Below, one piece after another: positions 60,318 to 64,000 of a stretch of DNA of 64,000 nucleotides (position 1 is its first letter; each line of letters starts with the position of its first letter). The DNA is taken from contig CAWHEP010000008.1 of the NCBI GenBank assembly GCA_963828525.1, positions 64,001 through 128,000 of the forward strand, written 5' to 3'. The notes under the pieces are model-generated. The model was not told the DNA's origin and did not search any database. It worked only from the letters and a program-made list of their open reading frames with translations. The stretch comes from an uncultured Verrucomicrobiae bacterium. Its GTDB lineage: Bacteria > Verrucomicrobiota > Verrucomicrobiia > Chthoniobacterales > Chthoniobacteraceae. Made by a program: the position numbers and the translations under genes.

Positions 60318-61733
60318 TCTACGCTCTGCGCATGCAGTCGTTCCGCGTAAGCGCTGCGGCCCCGGAGTCCCCGCGAGAGGGGCAATGGCGCTTCGGGCTC
60401 CAGGACCAGAGATTTCTTGGCCCCATCCGCCGTCAACGCGCTCTGCAGCCCCACAGCCATCCAAAACCAGATCGACATGGGTGGCTGAATACCGAGCGTT
60501 GCTGTAATCCCGATAAGTACGATGTAGCTTTCAACGAAAACAGCGGGCAAGAACATATCATCGGCAGGCATTTTGAAGGTCTGCACCATCAAACGGCCGA
60601 CAACGTATAATCGGAATCCCATCCAAACGAAAATGAGGTAGAACCCTCCTTCGAATAAAGTTGTTGCCATGTCAGTCTCCGTCCATCGGCCATACGACCG
60701 CCAGGAAGCCGCATATGCGCTGAGCTTATCCGCGCCGTTGCTCATAACTCCCAGACCCCGCCCGAAGACCGTAGGGGCGGCTACCGGATTTTCTAGCCAG
60801 CCAAAAAACATGTTGGAAACCCTCCCGGCCATCTCCTGGTTTTGCGTATGCTCCTCCGTGTCAGCGGACCGCATATCATACGCAACGAAAAAGTCCGGGG
60901 CGATCTGCTTCAAACCCAGAAACACAAGATACCCGACGAGGGCGAGGGCCACCATGGCTGGAAGCGCCTGCGCAACCCTCCTTCCGCTAAAAAAGAGGAG
61001 AGCGCCCGCGATTGCAATCATGACGAAATTCGCAAGTACCGCTCCCCTGGATCCGGTAATGAACATGCCGATGAGCAGCGCCGGAATGAGGGAGTAATAG
61101 ACTGTCTTCGTCCAACGACTCTGCACTCTCGATGCCGCGAGAAGCGGAAGAGCGAGAACGTACATCTGAGCGTTGAGGAACATTACAAATTGCGCGACGA
61201 ATGCGAATGTCGAAGAGACGCGGAGTCGTCCCCCCGCGCTGAATCCCTCCAGACTATCTCCTCCGACAGACAGGTTAAGCCAATGGGTGGGAGGCAGCCT
61301 CAGTTCGAGAACAGCGGTGAAAACGGTGGGTATGAGAAGCAGAGCCACCATTCTGAAAAAGCCATTCACCTGGGGCAGAGTGGAATTTGAAAATGCCATG
61401 CCAGCCGCGAGGGCGATAACGGGGAACATGAGGGTACTGTTTGGCGCCGAAGGCCGCAAGCAGCGGGTCATAGGAAAGCGTAACGATGATCGGCGGTATG
61501 AAGAGCAATACGGTTACCCAATACGTCCTCAACAACCATCTTAAGCCCGCAGGGACTTCACAGAAAAGCATGTAAAGCGCGATGGCAAAGGTGATCGCGT
61601 CTTTCGCAAAAAACAAAGGAAGCGCCAGAGCATGGAAAGCCTTCCTCGCCACCCCCTCGAACGTGATCGTGGTGACTAAAAACAATAGGCTCCAGCGAAG
61701 GATCCGGGCTTGCCGCTGCTGCTTGGTTATCAT
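60314..61733 (-). CDS. Wzy-like polymerase / O-antigen-ligase-like membrane protein (frameshift near 61435)
   Basis: FEGVARK in ORF 61275-61733; RVSSTFAF, TGSRG, GRGLGVMSN and ETD...FEGG in ORF 60314-61471. Confidence 0.7.
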
Positions 61734-61795
61734 CGCAGCAAGAGAGACCGCAGCGACCCGACCAGTGCTGTGGCTATGGATTCCCGCATTGCCGC

Positions 61796-61824
61796 ATTAT
61801 CAGTGAAAAATTGAAGTGTATCAA
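61796..61824 (-). promoter_or_regulatory. Putative internal sigma70-type promoter
   Basis: Minus strand TTGATA-N17-GATAAT in the 160-bp gap upstream of the second wzy-like gene. Confidence 0.4.
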
Positions 61825-61894
61825 GGATGGCCTCCTCATCTCAGATGGGGAGTGTGAAGCCTTCAATCACCGCGCAAATTACTCCAACGCCTCG

Positions 61895-63088
61895 CTAGGG
61901 CTGCCCGCGATTAGGATCGGAGTACGCTACGTTACTTGCGCATGGGGACAGGGAAACGAGCGCGTCAACGAGGTTGCGCCCCGCAACATCCCAGCCGCCG
62001 AGCGCGCGATTGCGGGCTAATGCCGCTTCGGACATGCGGGCGGCGAGCGAGGGATCGTCGGCGAGTGCCTGAAGCTTGTCCTTGATCGCGACGGGGTCGC
62101 GAATAGGAACCAACCAGCCTTCGACTCCCTCCGTAAGGATATCCGCTGCTCCCGTGTTGACCGACGCGATCACAGGCAATCCGTAGGAAAGCGCTTCCCC
62201 GATCACCAAGCCAAAACCGTCTTCGATACTGGGAAGAACGAACACGCTTCCCGAGCGATACGCCGCAGCCAAAGCTTCGCCCTTTAACGCCCCGGTAAAG
62301 ATGACATCGCTGGGAATTTCTAAATCCTCAAGACCGGTGACAGCGGCGCGCGGACCAACTATCAGCAGCTCTTTTGGACGGAATCGAACCTGGGAAAACG
62401 CTTTTATGAGATATCTCAGCCCTTTTCGTATGCCGACCTGGCCCACGTAAATCACTCTAAATACACCGTTAGCGGGCTTCGGTGTCGTCTCCTGATGCTG
62501 GGTGGGAAAGCCATAGTGAACAACAACCATCTTCTCCACCGGCACCCCCTGCTCCACGAAAGATCGCTGAGCAAAAGCCGAGGGACATAGTATCGCGTCC
62601 GCCTCGGCGTACTCCAGCAACCTGCGTTGAAACTCCCCGCGTGGAGCTTCATGGAACGCTATCCCCAGCAGCCTATATTCCTCTCGCATGAGTTGTTCCT
62701 GCGCGGCAACATGCGCGTTGACAGCCTCGGTCACGCATACCACGCCAGCTCTCCGAGCCTTTCGCGCGGTGTCGAGTCCCGCTCCATTATAGTAGAGAAA
62801 CAAGTCCGATTTCAGGGCAGACGTTTGCGACAGCCGATCTATCCATGCTTTGCTGGCGTAACCAAGCGCGTCGTTTAACCGCGTCGGGAGGCGAAACTTC
62901 AATCCAGCCAGGTAGAGATTTTGAATGTGATCGGCGCGAAGCAGAAGGTCGCCAACTTCAGGGAGATCTGCTCGCGGACTAAAGCGCGAGAATCCAGATA
63001 CGAATGCGCGGAGAACACCGGCTTGAGCTAAAGCGGTCGCGTAGGCATAATGATGCGCGCGATTGGGGGCGGCGTAGGTAACCTGCAT
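61895..63088 (-). CDS. Glycosyltransferase family 4
   Basis: Start MQVTYAAPNR; YVGQVGIRKG; LPSIEDGFGLVIGEAL. Confidence 0.88.
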   Translation of the reverse strand: MQVTYAAPNRAHHYAYATALAQAGVLRAFVSGFSRFSPRADLPEVGDLLLRADHIQNLYLAGLKFRLPTRLNDALGYASKAWIDRLSQTSALKSDLFLYYNGAGLDTARKARRAGVVCVTEAVNAHVAAQEQLMREEYRLLGIAFHEAPRGEFQRRLLEYAEADAILCPSAFAQRSFVEQGVPVEKMVVVHYGFPTQHQETTPKPANGVFRVIYVGQVGIRKGLRYLIKAFSQVRFRPKELLIVGPRAAVTGLEDLEIPSDVIFTGALKGEALAAAYRSGSVFVLPSIEDGFGLVIGEALSYGLPVIASVNTGAADILTEGVEGWLVPIRDPVAIKDKLQALADDPSLAARMSEAALARNRALGGWDVAGRNLVDALVSLSPCASNVAYSDPNRGQP

Positions 63089-63096
63089 CGAGCGTC

Positions 63097-64000
63097 TCAA
63101 ACTCCACTCTCTCCGCCCAGATCGCCGAAGGAACTGCGCCGCCGTCTCCGCCAACCGCGAGCACGGAGTCCGGCGATGCGCTTCCAATAAAACCCGCGGG
63201 AGGCTCGCGTCCATCTTGATGAGCCCAGCTTCACCGACATAGTCTGGGATGCCCCGAAGCGAGCGTCATCGCGGGAAACGATGACTGGGAGCCCATGATC
63301 CAGCATTGCGGCAGCAGCGCCGCTCTTGCCGACCAGCGCCCAGGGAGAAGCTGAGATGCCGAAATCTGCGAAACTCAGGATCTCAGAAACGCCGCGGGGC
63401 GGCTGCTCTCCAAAATACGCGACAGAAACTTTGCCCCCGAATTCCCGCGACATCCTGTTCCAGATTTCGGGGCCCTTTTGTCCCAGATTACCGGCACAGG
63501 CAAGCAGGATGCGTTTCCCAGCAATCTGGCCAGCTTGCAGTAGATAGTCGAGAAGAGGCTGAGGGCGCCACTCCGGATGGAGGCCTCCGAAAAGAATGAA
63601 CACCCAAAACTTTTCCCGCGTATCGGCGCTTAAGCCAGCCTTAGCGAGTGAAGGGTGGCAGAGGATCCAGTCATCATCTGGCGGGACAATCGGCACATTG
63701 GAAAAGAGCGGCAAAACGTGCGCTTTAATGCCGAGCCGCTTCAAAACTCCCTCATAAACGGGGTTGTTCGTATGCATGACTTTCGGAGCGAGCTTGCGAA
63801 CCGCGTCCAGGATGAAGTGCCTCTGGACTTGCCCAATGACTCTCTGCTTGAGCGGCGCTCCCGTCGGCAGGCCGATCCAGAGCTCATGGAACATGATGTG
63901 CGCCGCTCTGCGCGAAGCCAAAACGCGCAAACGATCGCCCAGTCCAATTACAATTCCTTTGGGTTGGAAACCATAACAAACCATTTGGACGCTGACGCAC
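63097..64000 (-). CDS. GT-B glycosyltransferase-like protein, 5' truncated by the window edge (possible frameshift near 63230)
   Basis: MFHELW; PLFSNVP; ADFGIS...KSGAAAAMLDHGLPVI. Confidence 0.65.
   Translation of the reverse strand, partial: CVSVQMVCYGFQPKGIVIGLGDRLRVLASRRAAHIMFHELWIGLPTGAPLKQRVIGQVQRHFILDAVRKLAPKVMHTNNPVYEGVLKRLGIKAHVLPLFSNVPIVPPDDDWILCHPSLAKAGLSADTREKFWVFILFGGLHPEWRPQPLLDYLLQAGQIAGKRILLACAGNLGQKGPEIWNRMSREFGGKVSVAYFGEQPPRGVSEILSFADFGISASPWALVGKSGAAAAMLDHGLPVIVSRDDARFGASQTMSVKLGSSRWTRASRGFYWKRIAGLRARGWRRRRRSSFGDLGGESGV

Noticed and set aside
2170..63240. Programmed frameshifting or phase variation as the cause of the split genes
   Set aside because: The sites mostly lack long homopolymers or slippery heptamers and are scattered across unrelated genes.
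1..64000. CRISPR arrays, tRNA/rRNA genes, IS elements, prophage genes
   Set aside because: None were recognised. Intergenic gaps are short and lack regular repeats or cloverleaf signatures.

Overview
This 64 kb window is almost entirely one very large cell-surface polysaccharide/glycoconjugate locus. Gene content suggests a PVC-superphylum bacterium, probably Verrucomicrobia; this is inference. (1) A + strand block (1-7783) encodes two paralogous membrane-anchored TPR proteins, a secreted protein of unknown family, an RfaH-like antiterminator and an exosortase fused to an EpsI-like domain. (2) A ~35.6 kb run of - strand genes (43219 to 7622) encodes a FecR-like protein, an outer-membrane barrel, Wza, Wzc, Wzm/Wzt, 16 glycosyltransferase genes, modifying enzymes, a Wzy-like protein, an SGNH protein, a PA14 protein and an O-antigen-ligase-like protein. 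Its leader has a promoter, a hairpin and an ops-like element. (3) lipB, ruvC and an O-antigen-ligase/TPR fusion follow, then a secreted ice-binding/choice-of-anchor-A-like protein and a WcaJ-like priming transferase. (4) A second GT/Wzy/acyltransferase arm runs off the right edge. The most interesting reading is an RfaH-controlled, exosortase-coupled glycan system that combines ABC (Wzm/Wzt) and Wza/Wzc export. Several of its genes resemble cyanobacterial hormogonium-polysaccharide (Hps) core families. About a dozen single-base frameshifts split otherwise intact genes and are probably long-read assembly errors. No rRNA, tRNA, CRISPR array or mobile element was seen. Family calls come from motif recognition by eye, not database searches.
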